Source: Octopus bimaculoides
Taxonomy: Eukaryota
NCBI RefSeq assembly: GCF_001194135.2
Contig: NC_068985.1
Location: 22,306,257-22,348,911 of the forward strand
Direction: 5' to 3'
Length of the DNA stretch: 42,655 nucleotides
This document shows positions 10,503 through 23,044 of this stretch, piece by piece; position 1 is the first letter of the stretch, and each line of letters begins with the position of its first letter. The notes beneath the pieces were generated by a model. The model was given only the letters and a program-made list of their open reading frames with translations. It was not told the DNA's origin and searched no databases. Position numbers and translations under genes: made by a program.

Positions 10503-11608
10503 CACAATTACAATTTCCATTTGATTTTGATGTACTTGACTCAGTAGGTCTCCTCAAGCACAGCATGTCACCCTACGATTCAAGGTGCTTTGGAGTCGGC
10601 TGGTTATATGACACTGGTGTAGATTACAGCTGTGAACTCACTTTATTTGCTGGGTCTTCTCAGTCACAGCATATCTCCAGAGGTCTCTGTCTTTCGTCAT
10701 TGCCTCTGTGAGGCCCGACGTTTGAAGGTCATGCTTCACCACCTCATCCCATGTCTTCCTGGGTCTCCCTCTACCCTGGATTCCTTCAACTGTTTGGCAG
10801 TGGCACTTCTTCATACAGCTCATCCATACATAGTACATGACCATACCAACGCAAACGTCTCTCTTGCACACCACATCTGATGCTTCTTATGTCCAACATT
10901 TCTCTCAGGGCACTTACACTCTGTTGTGTGTGCACACTGACATTATACATCCAGTGGATCATGCTAGCTTAATTTCTTTCAAGCCTACGCATATCTTCTG
11001 CAGTCATGGCCCGTGTTTCACTGCCGTGATGCATGGCAGTTTGCACACATGCATCATGCAATTTACTTTTCACTCTGAGTGTGAGGCCCTTTGTCACCAG
11101 TAGAGATAGGAGCTTTCTGAACTTTGCCCAGGCTATTCTTATTCTAGTGGTAACACTCTTTGAGCATCCACCCCCACTGCAGACTTGGTCACCTAGATAG
11201 TGGAAGCTATCAACTACTTCTAGTTTCTCCCCCTGGCATGTGGTGGAATCTGTTTTCTGAGCATCTGTGGTGTTTATTGCCCATGCATCTGTCGCACACA
11301 AAAGCTATTTTCCCGGTTAATCTTCCTTTGATGTTGCTGCACCTCTTATGTGTCCATAGCTTACACTGGGTACATCTTAGGTTGTTTCTATGTACACCTT
11401 TTCTACAGATCGAGTAGGGCCACCTACCTGAAGGGGTGTGTAATGTGTTCGCCTTCCTACTGACTAGAACTTTGGTCTTTGCAGCATTGACTCTAAGGCC
11501 CTTCGATTCTAAACCTTGCTACCACACCTGAAATTTCTTCACTAGTTCTGGTAATGATTCTGCTATGAGGGCCAGGTCATCAGCATAGAGGAGCTCCCAG
11601 GGGCAAGT
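10503..11608 (-). mobile_element. RTE-clade LINE fragment B (same family as A, opposite strand; from YADD to part of the 3' UTR)
   Basis: PWELLYADDL, PHD-like Cys/His cluster, LEVVDSFHYLGDQV, RIRIAWAKFR, GRGRPRKTWDEVVKHDL. Confidence 0.92.
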
Positions 11609-11854
11609 GCACCATAATCCACATGGACATATTTCTCTCCTGTGACATCACAATTTTCTCTCATATTTATTTTATTATTAATTTTATTTTACAACTGATA
11701 AAGAATAGCATTGTTGGCTACAAGTATACAAAAGGCTACTGCATTTCAGATACAGGAATTATCAGATTACCTGCAATTCAATGCAGAACAAATATCTGAA
11801 GGAATTTCGTTTACAAAGCACTGGACTGGTTTTTTAAAAAAGCTTTCTCATAAA

Positions 11855-12003
11855 TATATACATACATGTATAGTATACAGGCTTCCATCCTGTTTCTGTC
11901 TACCAAATTGTACTCACAAAGCAATGGTCACTGAAAAGCAATACTAGAATACATTTGCCCATTGGGATCACAAACTTCTTAATCACATAGCTATGTCAGT
12001 GCC
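11855..12003 (-). mobile_element. SINE head remnant
   Basis: gtctaccaaatt..actcacaaagc motif shared with the other SINE copies. Confidence 0.55.
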
Positions 12004-12479
12004 TCATTTCATCTGTGTTTTCCCTAAACCTTTTTATATATTTACATTAATGAATTATATATCAAATCTTAAATCATTAAATTACAATAACAGTAATGAG
12101 TAAAATTGATGTAAAAAATAGAAAAATATAATAGATGAATATTAAATAAACAATTTTCTCAAGCTTCTTTTTTAATTAAAACTGTGCTTTATTTTCAAAA
12201 TCCTCCACAACGAAAATTCATCATAATATTCCAGAGGTTATATTGTTTCACAGTCCAGTTTATCAATTTATAAAATGATAATGGATTAAAAAAAAAAATT
12301 TAATGTCTTTTTTACTTTGGCCAGAATTTTCTTACTCTTATTACATCTGAGAAATGTTTCTTGAAACTATATATCCTTTTGAAGAAGCAGAAAGACTTGG
12401 AAGTAAATATTTAACAAAAGAAAACTTCGTATCTCCTTTATGGCATTTTTTGTCATTTCTGACAGAATTTTGACATTGA

Positions 12480-12485
12480 TTTATT
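12480..12485 (-). terminator. Candidate polyadenylation signal of SRP68 (alternative at 12188-12193)
   Basis: AATAAA on the minus strand about 250 nt after the stop; the AT-rich context makes it ambiguous. Confidence 0.3.
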
Positions 12486-12733
12486 TTGGGAGAATGAATT
12501 TAACTGCATGAGTGTTTTCTTCTCTCATCAATTTTTAATTGGTAATGAACCCCAGAATTGACCAACTATCTGCTTACATATTACCAACTGGATGATATTC
12601 CCTTGTGAGGTTTTTTTTTTTTTCCTGATGAAATTTTTCTTTCTTTCTGTAGACAGGTACTTGCTCAGTTGTCTAAGAAATGGTTTTCACAAACCAACAA
12701 TAATGTTGTTTCCAATCAGTTTGATTTGTAACT

Positions 12734-12964
12734 TTACTTTTTGCTTCCACCCCACAACCAACCTTTCATCAATTCACGAATACCACCAGTCTTTTGTTCA
12801 ATCTTACCATCCAAGGACGGAAATGAAATATGATTGAGAGCCAGGTCAAAGAAGAGAGGTCTACAAGGAATGGGCTCAAATTCTGGGGGAAAGGTTACAA
12901 GTTTAGGATGTTTACTAACTAGTGATGGATCTTCAAAATACTGCTCAAGTCTCTCCATAAGAAG
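12734..12964 (-). CDS. SRP68: SRP68 coding exon 11 (last)
   Basis: LLMERLEQYFEDPSLVSK...FEPIPCRPLFFDLALNHISFPSL...GWLWGGSKK*; acceptor ttacag; matches the conserved SRP68 C-terminus (FQPIPCKPLFFDLALNH). Confidence 0.96.
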   Translation of the reverse strand, partial: LLMERLEQYFEDPSLVSKHPKLVTFPPEFEPIPCRPLFFDLALNHISFPSLDGKIEQKTGGIRELMKGWLWGGSKK

Positions 12965-14258
12965 CTGTAAATAAATAGAGAACATAAAATTACAAAAATA
13001 AACTAGAAACTTTTATTTATAATATAAATAAAATTGTAGCAAATACATGCAATGTAATATAATACTGAATATTTGCACTGAAGTGATATTTCACCTATAA
13101 TTATGGGTAATTTAACAAGGTTTTGCTAATTGTATTTCTGGGGTGAAGTGGTTTGATGGGTAAGGTGTAAAAAAATATATTTATCATGCCTGCCAAAGCA
13201 GTAGGTATGGAGCTTGTTTTAATTAGTTATGTAATAACGAATATATATATTTTATCTACAGAATATATTTTCTCAAATATAGAGTGTGGCAAGTACTTTA
13301 GTAGTACAAGCCAAATACTAATATCTTGCTTAGAAACCAGGACAAAAGTGAAAGAGAAGTAAAGTTAGTTAGTAGATATATCTTATAAAAGTTGTTGCAT
13401 TCAAATTAACAAAAAATATTTTGCTGTGCATTGGGTATCCTTAATTACACTTGTCTGTCTCAGTCCTTGCAATTGCAGAAAATAGTAACTTGATCCCTGA
13501 AAAACGTTACTTGAGATCAAGGGATAGATTTACCATTCATCTGATTTAGTCCAAGAAACTTGAAGCAGAAACTGCAACTTAGAGGCCTCAAGGACTTGAA
13601 AACATTTCCTAGGAGTAATATAGTGGTCTGGACAGTTATTCATCCATTTTTTTGTATAAGGATGGAGGAGATATTTAACATTTCTAACACCTAACATATA
13701 AAGGAGAGTAAAGAATATAATATTAATGTTTCTGCTGTTAAAAAGAGAGCTAGTGAATAGCATATAAAAGGTGTTATTAGGCAGAAACTGAGTAGGTTGC
13801 TTGCAGTTACTACAATAGATGCTTTGTAGACTCCAACAGATGGAATCCATGACATAGGGAGAATTTTCCATTTTATTTAGAGTGATACTATCAGTTTAGA
13901 TAAAGAAGTTAACAAGAAGCTAACATAAAAGGCTTCAGAAGATATTGAAAAGAGTTGCAGTATAACAAATAAGTAAAATAACATTAACAACTAGGCAAGG
14001 TGTGGCCATGAGCCAAGATCCAAACATCATAAGCAAACATAAAAATCTTAAACTGTAAAAGTGTGATTTGTATATATCCATTAAAGCTTTCAGTGTGTAT
14101 TATAAAATGATGTTAATTTAGAGTTTATGTAAAAATTAGAATCATTCAGAAAACAATAGTGTGGTAAATATATAGAAACTGAAAGTTTTAAGAATTTATA
14201 CTGAGTAATGAAATATCATGAGGGAGAAAATATAGAAAAATCTAATGGCCATTTTTAC

Positions 14259-14384
14259 CTTCTTATTAGAGACAGTTTTCACTGGTTCAGTAATTCCAGT
14301 ATTCCCAAGGATACTTGAAGCATGGCAGGAATCTCTCATACAAGATGCTTCTTTTTCCAGCTCTTCAATCTTCATTTTTTCATT
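14259..14384 (-). CDS. SRP68: SRP68 coding exon 10
   Basis: NEKMKIEELEKEASCMRDSCHASSILGN...SNKK; cattag acceptor, AAG|gtaaaa donor, phase 0/0, 42 codons. Confidence 0.85.
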
Positions 14385-14863
14385 CTAATGAAGTAATATT
14401 GAAAATTTACAAATTTTTAAAAGCATGAAATGAAGATTTCAAAACTGTAAAAATTATACATGATCTGGAATGAAGTTTCATTGTTAAGGAGTGACTACAA
14501 GACTAACAAATGGAAAAACATAGTTTTGATTTTTCTCTTTTTAAATCTAATCATTATAAATGATGTGCTGCCAATGTTGATTTTTAGATAATGAACATCA
14601 TATCTGTTTACTTCACCACATAGAAAGCATTTTCAAAATTATATGTATAAAATGAAACAAATAAATGGTTGAAACAAAATACTATTTGGAAGTGGTCTGG
14701 AGTTCCAGGAAATGGTTTTGGACCAGAAGTGTTACGTACTTGATCAGACGATGACAAAATTTATGTAACACTAAAATGTGATATAAAAAATGGAATGCAG
14801 AAACTTAAAACCTAATGTAAAAGATGTGAATCAAAGAGGAAGAGATAAAACAAGACAAGTTAA

Positions 14864-15073
14864 CCCTTTAGCATTCAGATTACTCTGTCAAATGTAATAC
14901 ATTGTTTTGAATTAATCATGCATTATCTGCATAGTGTCAGGATTTTGATGATGTAATTGTTTTATTTTTAGAATAACGTTGTAGGACAGGTGTGACAGGT
15001 GGTATTTGGTGAGTTTGAATATAAAATAGGTAGAAGATTTTGACTGGATATGGCTGGCTTAAATGCGAAAGGG
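14864..15073. mobile_element. piggyBac-like MITE in SRP68 intron 9
   Basis: TTAA on both sides (14860-63 and 15074-77); TIRs ccctttagcatt / aatgcgaaaggg. Confidence 0.8.
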
Positions 15074-15331
15074 TTAATCAGTTGTTACATCTAGAATGTA
15101 GAGTTAGTCATGCTATAGAGATAGTACATTCCAACCAAGTGTGTACAAAACCGTGTACTTGGATCACCAGAAGTAATAGTACCTATACCTAAGAGACTTA
15201 ATAACTAGGGAAAATGTGGCTACAAACGGCTAAGGAAAAAAAAAAAAAAGAAATCAAGACCAAGTAAATAGAGATCTGAAATTGACACAAAACAACATTA
15301 TAGTAGAAAAATAAACTGTTGTTTGACTTAC

Positions 15332-15476
15332 TTGTATATTTAAAAATATTCCAGAGCTTTGCAGTCCATTATAACCATCTAAAGCAAGAGCAATGTAGTG
15401 AAGTACTTTTTCATATAATGCTATCGATTCCTTCCATTTCTTATCCATGGAGTATGAAAGAGCAATGTAGAAAGTC
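15332..15476 (-). CDS. SRP68: SRP68 coding exon 9
   Basis: (R)TFYIALSYSMDKKWKESIALYEKVL...; tttcag acceptor, CAA|gtaagt donor. Confidence 0.92.
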
Positions 15477-15947
15477 CTGAAATAAATGCATTAAATATGA
15501 AAAAGACTGTAAAACTTGATTTTTTAGTATTTTTGTGAGAGAAAAATAATATATGAAAATGAAATTGCTTTCTGATAAAAAAAAAATAAAATTAACCATC
15601 AGTAAGTGTAGAGAAGAGTGTGTGAGGCAGTAAATTCTTAAGGGGTCAGTCAGGTCTGAAATATGTCACTAATGCACTTGTGAAAGACAATAATTCAATG
15701 ATTTTTTCATTTTCCTTCCTCTAAATTTTGATATGGCATGCTTATGTAAGAAATCAGTGTTATATACATTCTCTATTGAAATGCTTAAGGTACTAGGTTT
15801 TGGATTCTGATTTAAAACATTTCCACAAACATTTTTCTTAGACCAATCATTTAAAATGTCATCTAACCTGCTCTATTTTATGATATGAACAGAATAAAAA
15901 AAAGTTAAAATACACGTAAAATTGGAAAAAGATAGAAACACAAAAAT

Positions 15948-16275
15948 CATCATCATCATAAATGTTTTACATCCATTTTCCATACAGGAATGGGTTGGAT
16001 GGTTTTTCTGAGGCAGTATTTTATAGCCAAGTTTTTCCTACATATTAACCCTTTCAGTTGCTTCCAATGACACAGTGTACCTATTCTAAAACAGTTTTAG
16101 AATATGTGCAAACAAGATCTGCATATGACAAGCTTTTATACAGTTTTTTTCCAATCAAATTTCCCCTACAGACATTGGCTAATCCAAAGCTATGGTAGAA
16201 GACACTTGTCCAATGTGCTGCACAGTGGGATTGAATCTGGAAACAGGTATTTATGGAGCACACAGCCATACCTAT
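15948..16275 (-). mobile_element. Decayed SINE (head 16140-16275, RTE-like (GAT)n tail near 15950)
   Basis: gaagacacttgtccaatgtgctgcacagtgggattgaa head; catcatcatc tail. Confidence 0.65.
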
Positions 16276-16683
16276 AAATGCAGATTATGGTGGCCTTAAT
16301 GTAATTTTAGCTCAAATTTTAAGAAGGTTATACAAGTGACACAAAAACTTAAATTTTTTTAGACAGGAAATGGAATATGTAACATTCATGCATCCCAAAG
16401 AGCATTAGCAACGTAAATGAAGTGAGAAAAAGTTTGTGTCAAGATTCAAAAGTAAGCGATGGACTTGGCTCACTAGCAACTTATCTTCTGCTCTAAGGCA
16501 TGAATAACAAATAATTTCAATTTTATTCTTGTAAGGTTTTTCAAAACCTTATATGTGATACAATAAATTGCATAATTTTTCAAACAATACTAGTTTACTA
16601 AAGACAAATTGGAATTCTAATTGTACATGAATGATCTATTTTAAAAAAATTGGAACATTTAACACAAAACAGAAGTTACTTAC

Positions 16684-16778
16684 CTAAAAGATTTAAAACT
16701 TTGAATTAATGTTTTAACTTCATTAGATAATTTCATATCATCTTCAATTCCAGCTAGGTTAAAGATCTCATTTAAATT
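16684..16778 (-). CDS. SRP68: SRP68 coding exon 8
   Basis: NLNEIFNLAGIEDDMKLSNEVKTLIQSFKSF(R); tcttag acceptor, AG|gtaagt donor; aligns to human NLVELLQLPGLEED...FKAYR. Confidence 0.92.
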
Positions 16779-17284
16779 CTAAGAGGAAATATGAAAAATT
16801 TCATTAAAAGTTAAATTAAAAATTGGAATTTGCTATAACTGTTGATGCACAATTAATAAACAGAAGCTCTCAATACTCTTAATTAGTTCTAGTGTATTAC
16901 TGAAAACTAGCAAAAATGCTGGCCATAGTATGGTTTGATTATAATTATACTGGATAGTTAAGAAATACTGCATTAAAACATTAATAGTATCAAAACTAAG
17001 TCAAAAAGAAAATATTTGTAAAGAAAAATTATTCTCATTTGAAGGAAGGTGTACAGGAAGAAATTAGTGTATATAACCTCATTTATCAGTGATTTATTCA
17101 TCACTGACCCAGGATAATATGGTATGCTCAATTGTGAACTATGTTACACTTATTACAGATGAACCTGTGATAACATGGGTCAGGGATCAGTCAGAATTTC
17201 TGGTTGTACTGCAATTGTACTCCAGCAACCTACCCAAAATGCACTGACTATTGCTTGTATTTACATGACAAGACTATGAGGCTG

Positions 17285-17480
17285 CATCATCATCATCCTC
17301 CCATAACATCTGTTTTCCATGCTGACATGGGTTGGATGGTTTGACTGGAGCTGGCAAGCCAGAGAACTACACCAAGTTCCAGTCTATAGCTGGATGCCTT
17401 TCCTAATGCCAACCACTTTACAATGTGAGTTGGGTGCTTTTAACAAGGCAGATTTATGTATTTGTACCCATCAATGTGGG
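17285..17480 (-). mobile_element. SINE/RTE 3' tail remnant
   Basis: catcatcatc...ttccatgctgacatgggttggatggtttgac...ggatgcctttcctaatgccaacc. Confidence 0.65.
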
Positions 17481-18071
17481 ACCAGTGAACAGGAAAAATA
17501 TGGAGGCACCTGATCCTAACAAACAATGCAGATGAGTGCATTCTCTATAGGAAAAGGTAGAGATGGTCAAGAAAATATGTAACAGTGGAAGCTTCCTTGA
17601 TTTTGATACCAATGAATCTACCATTTGTTTCATTTACAAAGTGCACAGAGATGATTCATTTATTACGTTCGTTTTGGAACCAAGCCCCATAATAAACAAG
17701 GACAGATGTATATCAAGTGTTAATTGCATGAAAGAGACAAGAGAAGAAGAAAAGAAGAATCCGGTAAACATGGTATGCACCCAATCCAATTGACAGGGTG
17801 AATTTTGCTGTCAAGAACTTGACTAGTAGATAACCTTTGAGGAAATATTAAAAGGAAATTGACCAGAATGTTTTGACCATTGATGATAGACAGAAGTACA
17901 TGTTCAAATTAGAAACATAACTTTTATCAGGTTAGTGATTTCGGGGTTTATAAAAATGTAACTACCTGTCAAATGATATAAGATGCAAATCTATGTAATT
18001 TTTTAACAAATGTTAATAAAACAGATAAATTAATTTTAAGATAAAAATGGAAATAATTTTGTGGAACCAAC

Positions 18072-18293
18072 CTGAATAATGATATCATAAAGCCGCACCA
18101 AATCTTGAGGTTTGGTAACTTTTTTCCCATCTGGTATGGTTTTGTTAGGAAGATATTGTTTCAAATTTTCAATAAGGAGAAGATTTCGTTCAATTGTTTT
18201 AGTAAGCCTGATATAAGTGAGGTAGGAGTGCAAATAATGTTGATTAGAAATCCTCACTTCAATGGTTTGACCACGCAATGCTGCCTTGAAGTT
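18072..18293 (-). CDS. SRP68: SRP68 coding exon 7
   Basis: NFKAALRGQ...ISNQHYLHSYLTYIRLTKTIERN...KPQDLVRLYDIIIQ; gtatag acceptor, CAG|gttggt donor. Confidence 0.96.
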
Positions 18294-19966
18294 CTATACA
18301 GAAAAATATAAGGTTAGTGAAGCAAGAAGGAAAAAAACTAAACAAAAATTTATTACATTTGTAAAAATCAGACATCTTTGATGAGCTCTTAAGAAAACAA
18401 ACACATATTCCACATATTTAGCTTGTAAATGGATGTTTAGGAAAACCATGAATATCACAATACACATTGTATCTTTACCAAAACACTCAATCTGATCCCT
18501 AACATTCTGATATTTTGTTACTGAGAAGATAGAAACAAGTATCAAAACAATAAGGTTTATATCTAGAAATGAATATGCTTCAAAAGAAAACTTAATGCTT
18601 GCATGGTTCTGTCATATCTTCCATAGAGGCACTAGGTGCTTTTATGTGGTCACCCAAACCACTAGAAACAGCAGCCTGCTCTTTTCTTCTTATTTCATTC
18701 ATTTTCTATGTTGGTATGCATTGAATAATTTTTAAAAATTACTATTTTATAGTCTAAGAGGAACTGTTTGAAATGATGGGATGATTACAAGTGGAATGTT
18801 GATATGTTTGCTCAATAAGGGTTGACCTAGGGTTAAACAATAACACTACCACCTGAAAATGAATATTTTGTCATTCTGAATTATCTGCAACCTCTTTCCA
18901 AAAATCCTGGGCCCCTTTCTCATCACTATGCCATATCTACTCCAATCCAAGTAATACATCTTATTTCTCTCTGAATATCCTGGTTCCTCATGGGGAGCTT
19001 ATCTGGATTTTTGTTATGTTGATTGTCCTTAAAAACTAAAGTGTTGAAACACATACCTCCACAATCCACAAGTATTTTAACAGGGACTTCAAAAACATCC
19101 TTCAATGAATTCCTAAGATTCTAGTTTTCAGTAATACTACAAAATGCAATAACTAGGAAAGATTCTGGTGACTCACTCATCCTCTCTAGTTATGAATATA
19201 ACACAAGGCTTTTACAGATGCTATAAATGTTAGGCCTAACAATATTAATATAACATATGTTTCTAAAACTACATCTTAAAGAGTAGGCTGCCTTATCATA
19301 GCTGGAAAATACTTGTCAGCTTTATTTAATTGATGAATTTTCAAGTCAGACCCATTTTGGAGTACTGTCCATAAATTTGAGACACTAGACTGCACCGAAA
19401 GATTGGTAAAGATCTACTAAACAACATGCAACTAAGCAAATCTCAGACATACCGTTTTCTCTCCTTTCCTTGTCTACTTCAATTACCATGATCTCTGCTC
19501 CTCTGAACCAAACAGTTTTCTCAATCCTTCTACCCTTATATTTTTCCAAAAGAAGTTCAACTGCATCCATCACACAAGTCTCACACTGATGAGATTTCAA
19601 ATTACACCTTACTGCCTTACAAAAGAACTCACTGGGCAATATAGGCCAAGGTACACCATGCATGAAAAATGTGGTGATGATCATGGTTGGAATACTCCTA
19701 GGTCTGCTTGATAAAGATTGATTTGAACATCTAACCTGTCTGGGAGAGCACTGCTGCTCCTTCCTTGACTAACCCATAAAGAAATAAATATGTTTAAATG
19801 AATAGACTTTTACTAAACAAATATTAAACTGAAACAACTAAAATTAATTTGTAGATTATTTCCTTTTATCAGAAACGTTTACTAAGAGATAAATCAATAT
19901 ATTCTAAGCTGTTCTTTGAAATTTAATGTTAAACGACAAAAAGTTTTCAAGTAAGTATTCAATTAC

Positions 19967-20206
19967 CTGATCATCCTGTAATGCATCTCTGAGAACTTGT
20001 AAAGCATCTATACATTGTTTCAGTAAACTTTCAATAATAGACACTTTCCTATCAAAGCCTTCAGCTGTTTCTACTTGTTTAGCACTCTCTTGAAGGTTTA
20101 GCAAGAAAACTCGAACTTGTTCATTCTTCACAGGAACAGTGCGATTACGCCAAGTAACATTAGAGAGAGTTGCAGCTTGCTTTTCACGAGTTTGAGAGAG
20201 AAGTTG
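19967..20206 (-). CDS. SRP68: SRP68 coding exon 6
   Basis: QLLSQTREKQAATLSNVTWRNRTVPVKNEQVRVFLL...DALQDDQ; tttcag acceptor, CAG|gtaatt donor. Confidence 0.96.
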
Positions 20207-20553
20207 CTGAAATAAAAAAAAAAAAGTAAAAAGCCAATTATCAAATATTTAAAAATTATTTTTCAATGATTTCTTAATCATTTGACAGTATCTGAAAGAA
20301 ACGCTTAGAACAAAACTAAAAGAAATACAAAATGATTAATACAGATATAGTCAAAATGTGATTCAATGTCAGTATGAATTGATTGTTTTTACAATAAATT
20401 ATCAATTAATTATTCAATTAATAATTATTATTTAATCAAAGAAAACAAAATTGTTCAATAAGAAATATTTAGACAAGTTGTGTATGGCTGAAGTTAGTAA
20501 GAGTATAAAAAAAAAAAGGAGCCTCATTAAGATAAATAGGTCAAAATACTAAC

Positions 20554-20823
20554 ATCAAGATGTGCAAGTTGTGCATCCTGCCCAGATTCAAGTCTCATCC
20601 GCATGAGGTCTTTGATGGCGGATTCATCACCAATTCTGAAGCTACAATAACGGATATTAGGTGCTACTTCAGACACCCGCTGAAGATACAGATCTTTTGT
20701 TTCATCTGTGAAGGCACTGGCCAACTTCGAGTAGATAGTCTCTGAATTAGTATAAAATTCAATAGCATTTGCCCATCTTTCCAACTCAAATTCTAAAGTT
20801 CCTTTCATCCATGCTTGGTAACC
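20554..20823 (-). CDS. SRP68: SRP68 coding exon 5
   Basis: GYQAWMKGTLEFE...IYSKLASAF...PNIRYCSFRIGDESAIKDLMRMRL...LD; poly-T acceptor, GAT|gttagt donor. Confidence 0.96.
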
Positions 20824-21631
20824 CTAAAAAAAAAAAGCACATTAACATCAAAATAAAAAAAATAAAACCATAAGATGATAACCTTTTTCTCTTTTTCATC
20901 TTAACTAAGATATATATTATGATTTTAATATTGTTGTATAGTGAAACTGTAAATCCCTCCTGGTAAAAAGTGGTAGTAGCCAGCCATTATAAATAGACCA
21001 GTAGCTAGTTGACAGAAAAAGGTCGAGAGTACATGTAGACTGTGTTGATAGTCATGTCTGTGCTGATATAGTAATTATGTTATGTTACCGAGTGGACGTT
21101 ATAACAATCTCAACCTTTAGAGGATAATAACACTGTACGATTGGGGGTCATGCAGTGCCAGACAGAAACATTCTGTTGATGGCTTTGGAATATAACAACA
21201 TCTGTCAGAAGGACAACCATCATCAAAAGACAAATAACAGTGGCAAAAGACCACTTTACAATAAATATCAAAAATGTGACATGAAGTTAAAGACAATAAT
21301 TCATATCATGAAAACAATAAATTCGTAATTCCTTTGTAGAAAGTGTCAAATATAGTATAAATTACTTTCCTAGTTCCCAAATAAGTTAATTATTAGTGGA
21401 ATAATAATACTATATACTAAATGAAAAAAACCTGCTGTTGTTGTCATCTCTGCCCACTAAGCTCCAGGGCTTTGGTGTACCTAAGTCAGTAGGTGACCCC
21501 TTGACCTCACATAAATTTCTATTGCATGCATTATACAATTTGTACCAAACCCACAGATATATATACATGGTTGGTATGTTTGTAGATAATTCAGTTGTGA
21601 TGGATCAATATCAAAAACAGTACCCATTTCT

Positions 21632-21703
21632 TTACAAAGTGTAGTTTTGATCTCCAGACTTCTGGGTTATGGGCCTAGCACACTTCTACTGCACCACTCT
21701 GGT
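21632..21703 (-). pseudogene. Decayed initiator tRNA-Met(CAT) copy in SRP68 intron 4
   Basis: ACCAGAGTGGTGCAGTAGAAGTGTGCTAGGCCCATAACCCAGAAGTCTGGAGATCAAAACTACACTTTGTAA is 72 nt and colinear with animal tRNAi-Met (AGCAGAGTGGCGCAG...GGGCCCATAACCCAGAGGTC). Acceptor stem, anticodon stem and B box are damaged, mostly by transitions. Confidence 0.88.
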
Positions 21704-22206
21704 TAACAAAAATTTTAGCAAATATATGATGGATTATTTCTCATATCATCAGTTCTGAGTTACATTTCTTGTATTACATCATCAATCATATGTTATTTAT
21801 TTATTATTTCTTTCTATGCATTGGACCATTTGAGATATACAAAATATAGTAACTATAATAACCAATGCTGCAACGCTACAATGTTAACTGACTCAGTGAA
21901 AAGCGACATTTGAGTCTGCTGATACTCCAAGAGTCACATTTAACAAACAACATACATAGATCGCTGTGCTGCAAATTTTTCTAGGTGTCACCTCATTTGC
22001 TATTTTCAAATCAGCCAGAAGCAAATCAATTCTTTAAATGTTTCCTTAGTGCAGCATATTAGGCAAGCTTGCCAACGCTTTAGAAAAGAAGGGGGGAAGC
22101 TGACCTTTCACTGAATTTAGATAGCACTATGAATCTTTAGGCATAACTTTAAATTTATCAAACAAATATAAGCAAACTAAGAATAAAGAGATATAAATTT
22201 ACACAC

Positions 22207-22402
22207 CTGGGCTTCAAGTTTAGTTCGGGCATCACATTTAGTACTACCACAAAGTTTTGCTAAATCATCTGCATGATTTACAGCTTTTTTCAAACGAGAC
22301 AACATATGAAACTGTTTCCTATGTTCTGTGTTAGCTTCAGCTTTCAGCTGCATGAAATAACCCCATGCTCTTTCAGCAGAGAAAAGAGGAAGATGTAGAT
22401 AT
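22207..22402 (-). CDS. SRP68: SRP68 coding exon 4
   Basis: (R)YLHLPLFSAERAWGYFMQLKAEANTEHRKQFHMLSRLKKA...DARTKLEAQ; ttccag acceptor, CAG|gtgtgt donor. Confidence 0.97.
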
Positions 22403-22577
22403 CTGGAAATAAAATGGATAAATATAAATGCCAAAAAAGCTAAATATATATTAGTATCATTTACATAAAAATAGATAAACATATTTACTATATTTGTTTT
22501 TGTCTGTAATGCTGCACATCATCAGCATCAACTTTCTAAGTACTTACAAAACTCACAAATTTGAAGAACAAATATAA

Positions 22578-22702
22578 TTTATCGACCCCCAAAAGGATGA
22601 AAGGCAAAGTCGACCTTGGTGGAATTTGAACTCAGAATGTAAAGATGGACCACTAAGCATTTCATCCGGCGTGCTGACGTTTCTGCCAGCTCACCGCCTT
22701 AT
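22578..22702 (-). mobile_element. tRNA-derived SINE (second family), head region
   Basis: Minus strand ggcggtgagctggcagaaacg...ttctgagttcaaattccaccaaggtcgactttgcctttcatcc. Confidence 0.8.
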
Positions 22703-23044
22703 TATTATCTATTTATTACTAATCTATTTGTTTTTTTTATCATTATTGAATCAAACGAAACAGAAATACAATGACCATCTTGAATTTTATCTTTCAGATA
22801 ATTATTTAACAATGTTTCAAAATTTACTTATAATTAACTGTGTTTCTGTCTGTAAGATTGAAATCTAGTGTATGTATATTTTATGGAACTCAGCAGTTGT
22901 GAGATTAATGTGTTGAATTACTAATGCAGCACACAAAATATCAACATTTGAGAATCAACTGAATATTTATTGCCAACACAGTAAACTAAGTATCAAGTAC
23001 AAAAGGAAGCGATGGATAAATGACATTATGATGATAATATTTAC

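Noticed and set aside
13484-13521. Pseudoknot-like crossing stems agtaac/gttact and cttgatc/gatcaag in SRP68 intron 10
   Set aside because: Short, overlapping, AT-rich stems that do not fit an HDV-like or other ribozyme topology
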